Shown one piece after another: positions 1-10,877 of a DNA stretch of 64,000 bases (its first letter is position 1; each line of letters opens with the position of its first letter). Source of the stretch: Spirochaetia bacterium (GTDB lineage Bacteria > Spirochaetota > Spirochaetia > SZUA-6 > Bin103); assembly GCA_965198005.1 (NCBI GenBank), contig CBDAOI010000004.1, positions 640,001 to 704,000 of the forward strand. Direction: 5' to 3'. The position numbers were made by a program, and so were the translations under genes. Below the pieces are notes generated by a model. It was not told the DNA's origin, ran no database searches, and was given only the letters and a program-made list of their open reading frames with translations.

Positions 1-119
1 TATGGGACAGTCCCAACCCATGCTTGAAGTCCTTAATGAGATTCTCTTGGTTGCCCCGACCCTGCGCGATCCGCAGCACCGCCGTGTTGCTGCGCGTCGA
101 GTTGGTCACTACGATCCAG

Positions 120-701
120 TAGACGTACTGCCGGATAGCGTCCTCGACGGTCTGTCCGGTGAGCGGGTTCTTCAACTCGACGGTGAAGATCGGCAGGCCG
201 TTGAGGAACAGCACCAAGTCCAGGCTGTTTTCGGTGCCGGCGCTGTACCGCACCGGCCGCGCCACCGCGAAGAGATTCGCCGCATACAGCCGACGCGTCT
301 CCTCGTCAACGCGCTCGCCGGCCGGAACCACGCCAGCCGAAACGTGGAGCCCATGTCCTTCACGCCGCGCCGCAGCACGTCGAGCGAACCCCGGCGCTCG
401 ACCTCGGTCGCCAAGCGGCGCAGAAACCGCTCCTTCACCTGCGCGCCGTGGTGCTGCGAAAGCTTCTGCCACTCCTTCGGTTGCGTGGCCAGCACGAAGT
501 CCACCACATCATTCGGCAACAAGCACAAGTCCCGATCGTAGTCTTCCGAGCAACGTCGGCGGTAACCGCCCGGCTGCATCCTGTCGTAACCAAGGGCTCC
601 GGACGCTCGCGCATCTCGGCCCCGCCTGCCGCGATCTCATCGGGACTACGCCACAGCAGCGTCGCCTCAATTGCATCCTCGAAAACCCGCTCAGAAATCA
701 C
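120..701 (-). pseudogene. hsdR: Type I restriction endonuclease subunit R, frameshifted N-terminal fragment
   Basis: Stitched frames read ISERVFEDAIEA...YDRDLCLLPNDVVDFVLATQPKEW...DLVLFLNGLPIFTVELKNPLTGQTVEDAIRQY (HsdR nuclease motif). At least two frameshifts; ends before the helicase motifs. Confidence 0.85.
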
Positions 702-1059
702 TAACCCTCTACCTTTGGCACGTGAGCACTCTCTATGGTCACCGTCAATGGTTAAGGCCAACTACATGAGTCAAAGTCAAAGAGCTGATACGATGATACC
801 CACTATACCCGCGGAACAACCTAAGCTGTGGCGAACCATGGCATAATCGAGGTCTATTCCACACCACGATACCCACCCAGAGCCGGAACCGAAATATGCC
901 ACACCATCTCGCTGTTCAGTGGTCATCCGACGGCGGATTTATGTCCAGCGCAGCCAGAGCCGTGGCCAAGTCCGTCATACGACTGTTCCTAAACCACTCT
1001 TCTTCACGCCAAGGGTGACGCTCAATGAACTCCTCTCCCAGTGCCACGAGCAGCATATC

Positions 1060-1230
1060 CTCTCGTTTCAAGTCGCGTATGTTGATTCCACGAGTAGTGG
1101 CACCAAGAGAACCTGACGATAGTTGGTGGAATACGGCCATGGAACGTAGCGTATGAAGCAACCACGGTCCGCATGCGGCTGCTGTGTAGGACACTCGAGC
1201 GGCATCCTGCGTTAGACCTACCGAGCAGCG
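1060..1230 (-). pseudogene. hsdS: Probable type I specificity subunit (HsdS) target-recognition-domain fragment
   Basis: Within ORF 916..1323, LTQDAARVSY...LLHTLRS...SLGATTRGINIRDLKR resembles HsdS. It lies between hsdM and hsdR on the same strand. Confidence 0.55.
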
Positions 1231-1407
1231 TGACCATCCGGCGACCAGTATCGAAGGTGCGGTCCTGGACATGCGGGGGCTCACACTACCGGACCAGATC
1301 TGGTAAGCGGTCTGGCCTCGCATTGTGCCGGTTCAGCCACCGTATCTGTCGTTTCGGAATCTATTTGAGTTGTTACGTGCTTCCGTCGCATCGGCGTCGG
1401 GCGGATT

Positions 1408-2469
1408 TCATTCGAGTTCATTCAGCATCCTATTGAGTTCTCTTTTTCCAATCTTGTCGCCTGTTTTCTTTTCTCCGGTGTACTCTATGAACTCCTTCGG
1501 ATGCACAAATACCCAAAGGCCGGTCCTCCCCCGGTATCTTTTCTTTGCGATCTCACCACGCCTTGGGTCATCCACTTGGTCAAGCTTGAGTCTTTTCTCC
1601 TTGTCCTTCTCAATTCTTCCACGAGAGCCTTTGACCCTCTCCCAATCACCAGTCTTTCTGTTCTTCTTCACGAGTACCCACTTGGCAGGACGCATGCCAG
1701 TTTTTTGCCGATATCCGGTCATCATCGCGGCGATCTCCGCCCGCAACTCCTCTCTGGCGTACGTCTCGGATCCGAACGGCGCGTAGTCGACCAAGGTCAG
1801 CCGCTTCAGGCGGCTGGAGTGGCCAGTTGCGTGCCCTAGCTCATGCAGTGCCGTGTGTGTATATGCGGCCTGCGACCGGAACTGCTTCGGCTCCGGCAAC
1901 ACCACCCGATCGGTCGAGAGTTCATAGTGTGCGTCATCGCCGGCTATGTGGTCGACCCGGATGCCGCTGTTGCGGATCAGGGCCTCGGCGCGCCTGTGTC
2001 CTTTCCACTTCGGCGGCGCGGCTGGGAGTGGTCGCAATCGCAACCGTTCGGTCTGTTCGACGTTGAAGACGTAGTTGAGCTTTTCAAACGGCCGCTCGAC
2101 CCGTTCCAGTCTCGGCCTTCCTTTTGCGTCGAGTACGGGGTTGCCGCGGTCATCTCGGGCCAACTTGAGCCAACTATATTGCCAATACCAGATCGGCGAG
2201 CCCGACTCCCCCTTACGGACGCTCCCACCGGCTTTCTGGATCTGGAGGAAGCTACCCCAGCGCGGGTCGCGGTACCCACGAGCGAGCGCCACCATCGCGA
2301 GGTATACGGCGTTGCCGCCACGGTAGTCGTGTCCGCTGCTGAAGTTGCTGGGCGCGTGCCAGATCCAGGGCTTCTGCCACGGGGCCGTCCCCTCCTTCAG
2401 AGCTGTGATGATGCTGTCAGCGAACTGCTTGTGGTACTCGTCCGCATTCTCTTGCTGCTTTGCCATCAC
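1408..2469 (-). CDS. ardC: ArdC-like antirestriction/ssDNA-binding protein with zincin domain and a foreign C-terminus
   Basis: IITALKEGTAPWQKPW, YRGGNAVYL, DPRWGSFLQIQ, YVFNVEQ, HELGHATGH, YAREELRAEIAA. After about 1715 the sequence becomes purine-skewed and Lys-rich and no longer resembles ArdC. Confidence 0.85.
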   Translation of the reverse strand: MMAKQQENADEYHKQFADSIITALKEGTAPWQKPWIWHAPSNFSSGHDYRGGNAVYLAMVALARGYRDPRWGSFLQIQKAGGSVRKGESGSPIWYWQYSWLKLARDDRGNPVLDAKGRPRLERVERPFEKLNYVFNVEQTERLRLRPLPAAPPKWKGHRRAEALIRNSGIRVDHIAGDDAHYELSTDRVVLPEPKQFRSQAAYTHTALHELGHATGHSSRLKRLTLVDYAPFGSETYAREELRAEIAAMMTGYRQKTGMRPAKWVLVKKNRKTGDWERVKGSRGRIEKDKEKRLKLDQVDDPRRGEIAKKRYRGRTGLWVFVHPKEFIEYTGEKKTGDKIGKRELNRMLNELE

Positions 2470-2789
2470 CGTCCCTCAATGTCGCCCTCCGTCCTGGAAA
2501 CTGACCGGCCGATGCGTACGTAGATCGGACGTTGTGTATCGTCGTCGAAACATCGAGACATATCTTTGATTATTGGCGAAACACCAATTCATCGCAAACA
2601 CCTTGTGGCGCCTCTCTCTCGAACGGGCGGGAACGCCACAAGCGGGTAGTTGAGGTTGACACTATGATCCGTCAAGCACCAGATATCAGATCGGTCGGCC
2701 GCGGACCGACGCGCTGGCCTTGATCAACAGGCCGGTCACGGGAGGCGGATGCACGTCGGCTGCGGACTCGCGGGGTACACAGGGCGCTG

Positions 2790-3050
2790 CATGTGCCGGT
2801 GACGGTGGTAGGGACGCAAAGTAGCCTGAGATCCGCCGGCTCCGCACCACACCCCAGCGCGAACGGTACGATGTGGTCGATCTCGATCCGGTAGCCGGAA
2901 CCGCAGCGCCGGCCACTGGCGGTCGACGTAGCTGGAGCAACCCCGGTCGCGCGGTGCTTCGCCGCCGAAGGACGCTGCGCCGCCCCGCAGTACGGCGGTC
3001 GCGATTCCCGCGTTGCACCGGCGGTGCCGGCGCCGGAGCGGCGCTGCCAC
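2790..3050 (-). pseudogene. HNH endonuclease remnant
   Basis: RDRGCSSYVD and RRCGSGYRIEIDHIVPFALGCGAEPADLRLLC occur in different frames. Confidence 0.65.
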
Positions 3051-3681
3051 GACGAGCCTCCGCGGTTTGCGCCCGCCATGGCGTGATCCGCGCTCTGAGC
3101 GGGCCGCTTCATCGCCGCCGAAGCGGAGGTGTGCAGGCCCCGCACGTCCGCGGCTGGTGCGCCGCCGTCCTCGCTATATGCATGCCGCTTCAGCGCCGAA
3201 GTGCGACCACTGTCGATGTCGTGCGCCTGCGGCGCCGTTCGTTTCGCCACTTCGCCGGCGAACTGGCACCGCTGCCGTGCGCCTGCGCGCCGGCCGCTGG
3301 CTGGCCGATGCACCGTGGTCCTGGGTATGTGCACTCTGCTTCGCCGCCGAAACGGTACCGCCGAGGATACCGTGCGCCCGCGCGCACGTTGCGCAGTGAT
3401 CGCCGGCGGGGGATCACCGGCTCCGCGGCACGGCAGCGACGGCACACATGCCGCGCGCCGTCGACCGATTCGCCCTGTTCGTTTCGCACGCCGCACTGCG
3501 CTGGCGCCGTCTCGCCGCGCCCCTCACCTACCGCCACCGGCGGGCGCGCGGCTCCTTCCCTGGGCCGGTGGCGCGGGCTCCTCTGCGCCGCCCGCGGGGC
3601 GGGCGGCCCGGATCATAGCGGTCCCGCGCGTATCGCGTCAGCAGGAACTGAAACTCGAGCCCGGTGTCGTGCTCGCTCCAA

Positions 3682-3829
3682 TGCCGACATTAACTCATCG
3701 CCGTTGATGCGGCAACCATAAAATGACGGCACGGTAGCTGTGGATGGCGGTATTTGTTGGCTGACCTACTCCAGGCAGGTTCTCGCCACCAGAAAATGTC
3801 GGCATCGTGACGCAAGTGCCGACATTTTC
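3682..3829. repeat. Four copies of an AAAATGTCGGCA-like motif, including a perfect 13-bp inverted repeat
   Basis: gaaaatgtcggca (3792-3804) and tgccgacattttc (3817-3829); further copies tgccgacatt (3682) and aaaatgacggca (3720). Confidence 0.7.
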
Positions 3830-3860
3830 ATCGTGGCAGGGGCTTCGGGGTGGGCGCCGA

Positions 3861-5781
3861 TCACCACACGGGCCCCCGGCGTCTCCTCATGCCCTGGCTC
3901 CCGCGTGGGTGATGTCGGCCAGCATCCGTACGCTCCGGGTCAGGTTCCGGCGCGCCGTCGGCGGCGCGGCAGATCTCGGCCGTCTCGTCGCGCTCGGCCA
4001 GAGCCGTCAGGATCGCCTTCTTCATCGGGGCCGGCAGCTTGGTCTCGGCCTGCCGGGCCGCGGCGGCAAGCTCTGCAAGGAACACGGACCGGTCCCGGAA
4101 CAGGGTGCCCGTCATCGTTTGGAGCATGGTTACTATGGCATGCTGCTGGGCGCGACCCGCGGCCTCCTCCCGGGAGCGGACCTCCGGGTCCCGCTTCTTC
4201 GACGTGGCCAGATTCCGAAAGCCCCTTTGCTGGTCGAGGCGTGCGATGCGCTCCGCGCTCGCCTGGAAGTTGAGCCGCAGCGGTCGTTCGACGGTGATCT
4301 TGCGGTAGCCGAACCGCGTGGTCGGGAAGATGCGGCTCACGGCCACGGCCTCCTCGGTACCGTCCTCGGTTACCGGCCGAGTCGCGCCGTCCTCGAAATC
4401 GGAGAGCAGTTGGAGCACGTCGGCGGCCTTGTCGGGCGGGACCTGGCGCCGCTTGTCACCGAGGCTGCGGCGCATTCGGGGACCAGAACGAGGTGGCGTC
4501 GATCAGTTGCACCTCGCCCCGGCGCTCCGGTGCCTTGCGGTTGGTGAGCAGCCACACGTAGGTGGCAATGCCGGTGTTGTAGAAGAGCTGCTCGGGCAGC
4601 GCCACCAGCGCTTCGAGCAGATCGTGCTCCAGCACGTAGCGGCGGATTTCGCTCTCGCCGCTGCCGGCGTCGCCGGTGAACAGGGGCGAGCCGTTCATGA
4701 TGATCGCGATGCGGGCGCCACCCTACTCCGGCGCCTCCGCGTGGGCGAGCGTGTGCAGCAGGAACAGGGTCTGCCCGTCGCTGATGCGCGGCAATCCCGC
4801 AGCGAACCGGCCAGCCGAACCGCGCTGGTGCTCGGCTTCGACCGCGCTCTTGTCGCGCTTCCAATCCTTGCCGTAGGGAGGATTGGTGATCAGGTAGTCG
4901 AACGGTCGCCCGGCGTGGCGGTCGTTGGACAGCGTGCTGCCGTAGGCGATGTTGTCCGCGTCGCGCCCGGTCGGGTCCTTCATGAACCTGTCCGACTTGG
5001 AGACCGCCCAGGTCTCGGGGTTCACTTCCTGGCCGAACAGGCTGATCTCGGCCCGCGCGTTGATGGCGGGACGCAGCAGTTCGCCGTCCACGCGCATGCC
5101 GCTGGTGACGTGCTCCTTGGCGATCATCAGCATGCCGCCGGAGCCGCAGCACGGGTCGTACACCGAACGCACGACACCGGGACGGGCGATATGGGCGACA
5201 TCGCCGGCGAGCATGAGGTCCACCATCAGGTGGACGACGTCGCGCGGGGTGAAGTGCTCACCGGGGTTCTCGTCCAGGGCCTCGTTGAAGCGGCGGATCA
5301 GCTCTTCGAAGATCGTGCCCATGGTCGCGTTGTCGATCAGGTCGGGGTGCAGATCGACGCTCTTGAACCGCTCCATCACCTGGAACAGCAGACCCGCCTC
5401 GTCGAGCTTGCTGACGGTGTTGTCGAGGTCGAACTTCTCCAGCACCTCGCGCATGTTCTCGCTGAAGCCGGCGATGTAGTTCCTGAGGTTGGCGGCGAGC
5501 TGCGGCGCGTCCGCGACCAGCTTGTCGAAGTCGTAGCGCGAGGTGTTGTAGAACTCCAAGCCCGAGGCGATGCAGAGCTGGCGGTCCAGCGTCTGCAGGC
5601 CGCGCTGCGTCAGTTCCGCCTGCCGGCGAAGCACCGCCTCCTTGGTGGGGGCGAGCACGCAGTCGAGCCGGCGCAGCACGGTCAGCGGCAGAATGACGTC
5701 CTGGTACTTGCCGCGCTTGAAGCTGTCGCGGATCAGGTCCGCGACGCCCCACAGGAAGCTGACGATCTCGCTATGGTTCAT
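3861..5781 (-). pseudogene. hsdM: Type I R-M methyltransferase subunit M, disrupted
   Basis: [51 protein letters not shown]. In-frame TAG at 4723-4725, frameshift near 4480, abnormal short C-terminus. Confidence 0.92.
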
Positions 5782-5965
5782 GGGCTTCTCACGCCACGCC
5801 CGTGGTGACGGGCGTCACGGTAGCGACGGCTTTGTCGCCGGTCAACGAGACCGTGCTGCGGATGCTGCGGACCGCACACTCTCTCTCGAACCCGCGCGGA
5901 GCACGCGGTCGAGCCGGCGTAGCGCAGTCGTGGTAGAGTTACAATCCGTGGTGGAGATAACCCGC

Positions 5966-6607
5966 ATGATTCGGGAGACGGTCCTCATCGGCTACCTTCC
6001 CAAACGAATCGTCGACGGCACGGGGAAAGCCTATGCGCCGCAATTTCCAGGAGTGGAAGAGATCTGCAGCGTCAGCGAGTGTTTCTCCAAGTCGCCGCCC
6101 GAGTGGGAACAGTGTTGGCTGCACAACACGGACACGTGGCTGTTCGACGGCCCGGGGGCGGCTTGGTGGGTGGTGCCGGAGAGGGAACGGGAGCGCTACC
6201 GGCTGTACGCGTACCGGCTGCTGCTGGCCCTGTTCCACGAGTCGGGGAAGGAGACCGAGCATCCGCTGCCGGAACTCAAGGTCGCGCCGATCCCGCGTCA
6301 TTTCACCCGTATCGGCTACGACGCGGTCGAGCGGTACGTAGGGGACGCCCATAAAGGGGGCCCTGCACCGCCGGCCTTCTTCTGTTCACCGCTGTCCTGC
6401 AACCTCATGGCAGAGGAGTACCCGGCAAATCGGTACTGCCTGGTCGACCACCTGGACACGGCGCTGGCGATGGCGCGCGACTTCGCCACCGGCAACTGCG
6501 AGCCCGGACCCTACTGCGTCGTCGAAGTCTGGACGCAGGAGCCTCGGCACCGCCGCGATCAGGTCGAAGTAGGCACCAGGCCGACCCGCTCGATCTTGCC
6601 GCGCTGA
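5966..6607 (+). CDS. Hypothetical protein, Cys-rich (213 aa)
   Basis: GGAG upstream of ATG 5966; globular composition with EICSVSEC, CSPLSCN and EPGPYCVVEV motifs. Confidence 0.7.
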   Translation: MIRETVLIGYLPKRIVDGTGKAYAPQFPGVEEICSVSECFSKSPPEWEQCWLHNTDTWLFDGPGAAWWVVPERERERYRLYAYRLLLALFHESGKETEHPLPELKVAPIPRHFTRIGYDAVERYVGDAHKGGPAPPAFFCSPLSCNLMAEEYPANRYCLVDHLDTALAMARDFATGNCEPGPYCVVEVWTQEPRHRRDQVEVGTRPTRSILPR

Positions 6608-6629
6608 CTGGCCACTTCGCCGTTGGTCA

Positions 6630-6700
6630 CAGTGCCAGGGCGACTGCCGGCGATCCATGGCGACCCCTTCGACCGCATCCAGATCGCACAACGCCCGGTA
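6630..6700 (+). pseudogene. VapC/PIN toxin internal fragment
   Basis: LPAIHGDPFDRIQIAQ matches the PIN-toxin HxDPFDRxxIAQ motif. Confidence 0.65.
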
Positions 6701-6734
6701 GCTGTGGTCCAGCTTGACGGAGCGTTCCGTGAGG

Positions 6735-7025
6735 CGCGGCGACGTCGAACTGGGAATCAGCGCGCCCGTGGAGCCGGGGGTGGCCGACAGCGGCGATCCG
6801 GAATTCGATCTCGCCGCCTTGTTCGATGCCCTCGGTGCGGCCGCGTCCGCCGCGGACACGGCGCTGATGGTGATCGTCGACGAACTGCAGTACGTCCCGA
6901 AGGCGGAGCTGGCCGCGTTGAGCGCCGCCTTGCACCGTGCCGCGCAGCGGCGGTTACCGATTCTCCTGGCCGGCGCTGGATTGCCGCAGTTGCGGGCTCA
7001 GGTAGCCGAGGCCAGGACCTCTTGA
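6735..7025 (+). pseudogene. AAA ATPase internal fragment
   Basis: Walker B region ALMVIVDELQYV...LLAGAGLPQL; no Walker A and truncated at both ends. Confidence 0.7.
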
Positions 7026-7050
7026 CGTGCTCCACGCGTGGGTGTAGCGT
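7022..7050 (+). promoter_or_regulatory. Sigma70-type promoter of the desaturase gene
   Basis: TTGACG-N17-TAGCGT, 10 nt before ATG 7061. Confidence 0.55.
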
Positions 7051-7060
7051 AGTCGAACGG

Positions 7061-8350
7061 ATGCGCATGATGCGTGACGACGCCACCCGGCGCTCCACCG
7101 GTTCAGTTGCAGCGCCCCAGGACCGTCGCCCCAGTCCCCCGCCTGTGAGGGGGCAGTCGACCGTGGCTGCGGCGCGCCCGTTCGAGTTCGCGCCGCTCGA
7201 CGAGGTTCGACAGAACCTGCGGGTGAAGTGGTACCGCTCGCCGATCGACCCGGCGACGCTACGCCGCCTGATGCAGCGCAGCGACCTGCATGGGGCGCTT
7301 CAGGCCTTGGGCCATCTCGGCCTGTTTGCCGCTACCGGCACCCTCACCGCCTATTTCTTCACGCAGGCGACGTGGCTGCCGTTTGCCCTGGCACTATGGT
7401 GCCATGGCAGCTTCGGAGCGTTCATGTTCATCGCAAATCACGAGTTGGGCCATGGCACCGTGTTTCGTACCAAGTGGTTGAATCGTCTGTTCCAGAGCAT
7501 CTTCAGCGTGCTGTCGTTCTGGAACCCGCACGAGCACGATCTGAGCCACATCTACCATCATCGCTATACGCTCTACTCGGATGGTGACCGCGAACTGCCC
7601 GGCCAGTACTACAGTCCCGGCGTAGTGGTGCACCCGTGGCTGCTGAACATCCGGCCGTGGCGGGTGATTCAGTTGCTGACCTTCAGCTTCGCCAGCCTCC
7701 GCCACCTGACGATGTCCACGCTGCGCCTGGCCACGCGGCGCTACCGGATGAAGTTCACCGGCATTTTCGCCAGCGAGTGGGCCAGCGCCCTGTTCGCGAC
7801 GAGCCCGGAGATCGAACGCAAGGCGGTGCGTTTCGCACGGATCACCATCGCCTTCCACGTCGCCGCGTTGGTGGTCGCTGCGGTGCTCGGGGCGTGGTGG
7901 CTGCCGATCGTCTTGACCGGCTCGGTGGGCGTCGGCCGCTGGTTATTCGAATTGATCGTGATGCCGCAGCACTTCGGACTGATGGACGGCGTCCCCGATT
8001 TCCGGATGACTACCCGCTCGATCAAGCTCAACCGGTTCACCTCGTTCCTGTACTGGCGCATGAACTGGCATGCCGAGCACCATATGTACGCTGGCGTGCC
8101 CTGCTACAACCTCAAGAGGCTGGCCAAGGAGATCGCCCCCGACATGCCGCGGCTGCGCACCCTGTGGCAGGCGTGGGCGGAGATGATCCAAAGCGCCAAG
8201 CGCCAGCGGCACGACCCGAACTATCAGTACCGGACGCCGCTGCCGCCGACCGCCCATCCGGCGGTATTGAGCGAGGATGAGGTCGTACTGCCGGAGGGCG
8301 AGCGGCTTGCCGCTGAGGCCTCCATCGGCGACTTGGCACACAAGAGGTAA
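7061..8350 (+). CDS. Membrane fatty-acid-desaturase superfamily protein
   Basis: Three His boxes (HELGH, HIYHH, HAEHH) plus hydrophobic segments. Exact start uncertain. Confidence 0.85.
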   Translation: MRMMRDDATRRSTGSVAAPQDRRPSPPPVRGQSTVAAARPFEFAPLDEVRQNLRVKWYRSPIDPATLRRLMQRSDLHGALQALGHLGLFAATGTLTAYFFTQATWLPFALALWCHGSFGAFMFIANHELGHGTVFRTKWLNRLFQSIFSVLSFWNPHEHDLSHIYHHRYTLYSDGDRELPGQYYSPGVVVHPWLLNIRPWRVIQLLTFSFASLRHLTMSTLRLATRRYRMKFTGIFASEWASALFATSPEIERKAVRFARITIAFHVAALVVAAVLGAWWLPIVLTGSVGVGRWLFELIVMPQHFGLMDGVPDFRMTTRSIKLNRFTSFLYWRMNWHAEHHMYAGVPCYNLKRLAKEIAPDMPRLRTLWQAWAEMIQSAKRQRHDPNYQYRTPLPPTAHPAVLSEDEVVLPEGERLAAEASIGDLAHKR

Positions 8351-8359
8351 TGGCACGTA

Positions 8360-9743
8360 CACGTTCACGTCTCGGCGCTGCTGGTGCTGCGGGATCTGCT
8401 GAACAGCGGCGCGCAGGGCGACTTCCGCTGCGTGTACGCCAACGTCGAGGCGGGCCAGGCGATGCGCGAGAACGTGGCGGAAGGCATGCGCACCGTACTG
8501 TCCCAGTTTGCACTCAGGGCGAGCCTGACGCTGGGCGACGACACGCTGGAGCGTATCTGTCGCGAGGCCATGAACAGCGCCGGACCAGGTGGCGCACTGA
8601 GCGTGACGCTGAGTCGCTGGGCCGCTGCCGACCGCAAGCCGCTGGTGCGGCTGATCGACGAGATCGACGCGCTGGTGGGCGACACCCTGCTGTCGGTGCT
8701 GCGGCAACTGCGTACGACCAGCGTCCGGCCGCCTTCCCGCACACCATCGTCCTGTGCGGGGTGCCTGACGTGCGCGACTACCGCATCCACTCGACTGCCG
8801 AGAACCGGCTGGTGCTCGGCGGCAGCGCCTTCGACATCAAGTCCGAATCGCTGCGATTGGGCGACTTCTCGGAGCAGGAGATAGGGGCACTGCTGGGGCA
8901 GCACACGGCGGCGACCGGGCAGGCGTTCACGGCGGAGGCGGTGCGGCTGATCCTGACGCGGACCGCCGGGCAGCCGTGGCTGGTGAACGCGCTGTGCCGG
9001 GAGGCATGCTTCGAGGACGAGGTGGGGCGTGACCGCGCGCGCCCGGTCACGGCCCACGCCATTCCGGAGGCGCAGGAGCGGCTGATCCTGCGCCGCGACA
9101 CGCATGTCGACGATCTGGCGCACAAGCTGCGCGAGGAGCGCGTGCGGCGCGTGGTGGAGCTGGTCGACCGAGGACGTCGCCTACGTCTGCGACCTGGGGC
9201 TGGTGGCGCAGGACGCCGCCGGCACGCCGCACATCGCCAACCCGATCTACGCCGAGGTGGTGCCGCGGCATCTGAACTACGCGGTGCAGGCAGGGCTGCC
9301 GCAGCAGATGGCGTGGTACGTGGGCGCGGACGGCGGGCTGGACGTTGAGGGGCTGATCGCGGCGTTCCAGGAGTTCTTTCGCGAGCACTCCGAGCACTGG
9401 GTACAGCGTTTCGAGCAGTACCACGAGGCCGGCCCGCAGTTGCTGCTGCAGGCGGATCGAGCGGGAGTACGCGCTGGGGCGCGGGCGCACCGACCTGCTG
9501 ATCGTGTGGCCGCAGGGCGGGCGCGAGCGCCGTTTCGTGGTGGAGTGCAAGGTGCTGCGCAAGGGGTTGGAGCGGACCATCGCCGAGGGGGTGGAGCAGA
9601 CCCGCGGCTACGTCGACCGGTGCGGGGCGGAGGCGGGCCACCTGATCGTGTTCGACCGCGCGCCGGACCGAACCTGGGCGGAAAAGATCTTCCGCCGCGC
9701 GCCGGCGGGAGCTGGCGTGCCGGTCACGGTCTGGGGGATGTAG
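8360..9743 (+). pseudogene. AAA-like ATPase with C-terminal PD-(D/E)XK-like domain, multiply frameshifted and deleted
   Basis: Pieces CVYANVEAGQ, LIDEIDALVGDTLLSVLRQLR, TAGQPWLVNALC, IANPIYAEVVPR and RFVVECKV in different frames; Walker A missing. Confidence 0.8.
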
Positions 9744-9849
9744 CGCCAAGCTCTGGAGGAGCACCGTGCCGCGTCGACTTCCCCTGCGCCTGCTCGATCA
9801 ACGCGGAGGGCAGCTTCCTTGTATCTGCGCGCCTCGCTGTTTCGTTACG

Positions 9850-9987
9850 CACGTGGCGCTGCCCGCGGCCGAGATCGAGCGGCGCCTGGCCGCCCTGCCG
9901 GAGCGCCCCATCCCCTACAGCCGCGGCGCCCTGGCCAAGTACGCGCGCTTGGTCTCCTCCGCCAGCCGCGGCGCCATCACCCACTAG
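9850..9987 (+). pseudogene. ilvD: Dihydroxy-acid dehydratase C-terminal fragment
   Basis: EIERRLAAL...YSRGALAKYARLVSSASRGAIT is the typical IlvD C-terminus. Confidence 0.7.
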
Positions 9988-10072
9988 GGCCGCTGTCTCC
10001 GGCGGCTCGGAACCTCGATGAAGAACACCGCCGTTGCGACGTTTTGTCGCGACACGATGGGGAGGAACAACC

Positions 10073-10405
10073 GTGCGAAATATTGAAGTATTCTCGGTGC
10101 GGGACCTTCGGTTGCGTTCCAGTGAACTGGTGCGCGATGCCGAGGGCGGGCAAGTTTCGATCATAACCAAGCGCGGTAAGCCCGCCGTACTGGCGCTGCC
10201 CTTTGGTGGCCGCCTGCTTGACCTGGGCGTCGACAAGGACTTGGCGATTACCCTGTTCGAGCGCCGGCTCCTCACTCTGGGCAAGGCCGCGAAGCTCGCC
10301 GGTCTCACCCACGACGCGTTCATGGACATGCTCGGGGCGGCCGGCATCGTGGCAGTCGACTATCCCCCGGAGGAATTGGACGAGGAGCTGCAAGTCGAGA
10401 TCTGA
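10073..10405 (+). CDS. Antitoxin, Phd/YefM-like N-terminus plus UPF0175-like C-terminus
   Basis: GGAGG then GTG; FSVRDLR...IITKRGKPA; LTLGKAAKLAGL...FMDMLG; directly upstream of a PIN gene. Confidence 0.8.
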   Translation: MRNIEVFSVRDLRLRSSELVRDAEGGQVSIITKRGKPAVLALPFGGRLLDLGVDKDLAITLFERRLLTLGKAAKLAGLTHDAFMDMLGAAGIVAVDYPPEELDEELQVEI

Positions 10406-10410
10406 CCGCG

Positions 10411-10570
10411 ATGATCGTGTCGGACGCGGGCCCGCTGATCGCACTATTGCGAATTGGGCAGCTTCTCTTCCTCCGCGCGCTGTTCGGGGAGGTTGTGATA
10501 CCACAGAACGTTCTGCGCGAGCTGCATCTCGATGAGCCGCGTGTCGGCGCAACTGCAGTGGCCGAAGAGC
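10411..10570 (+). pseudogene. PIN toxin (DUF3368-like), truncated
   Basis: MIVSDAGPLIALLRIGQL...LFGEVVIPQNVLRELH, then loses similarity after about 52 aa. Confidence 0.75.
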
Positions 10571-10877
10571 AGCAACGTCGCCGGGGTGGTGGCGCGCAGC
10601 TTCGGCATCGACCAGCGCCGGGTGGGTGTAGCCGGGGGTCACACAGCAGCGCTGCGCTCCTCCGCTCCACGACGTCGGCGGGTGTCGCGCTACCCCTCCG
10701 AGCGGTGCGCAAGCGGCAGCGAAGGCGCGCCCGTTGTAACGGGCAACCAGACATATAGGCGTCTCAACGTCCGCCGCCGGGTGCCGGATCGACGGCCCCG
10801 GCGACACCGCGGTGGCGTGACACTACGCCCACGAAGCGGTAGAGTCCGAGGAGAGCGGAGGCGCCGGAGAGGTGTAC

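Noticed and set aside
2590-2670. c-di-GMP riboswitch upstream of ardC (gcaaac plus hairpin cttgtggcg/cgccacaag)
   Set aside because: Only a 9-bp IR is evident; the second stem and consensus are absent, and the orientation is opposite to ardC.
4723-4725. Programmed readthrough of the TAG in hsdM
   Set aside because: A downstream frameshift and the decay of hsdS and hsdR indicate ordinary pseudogenisation.
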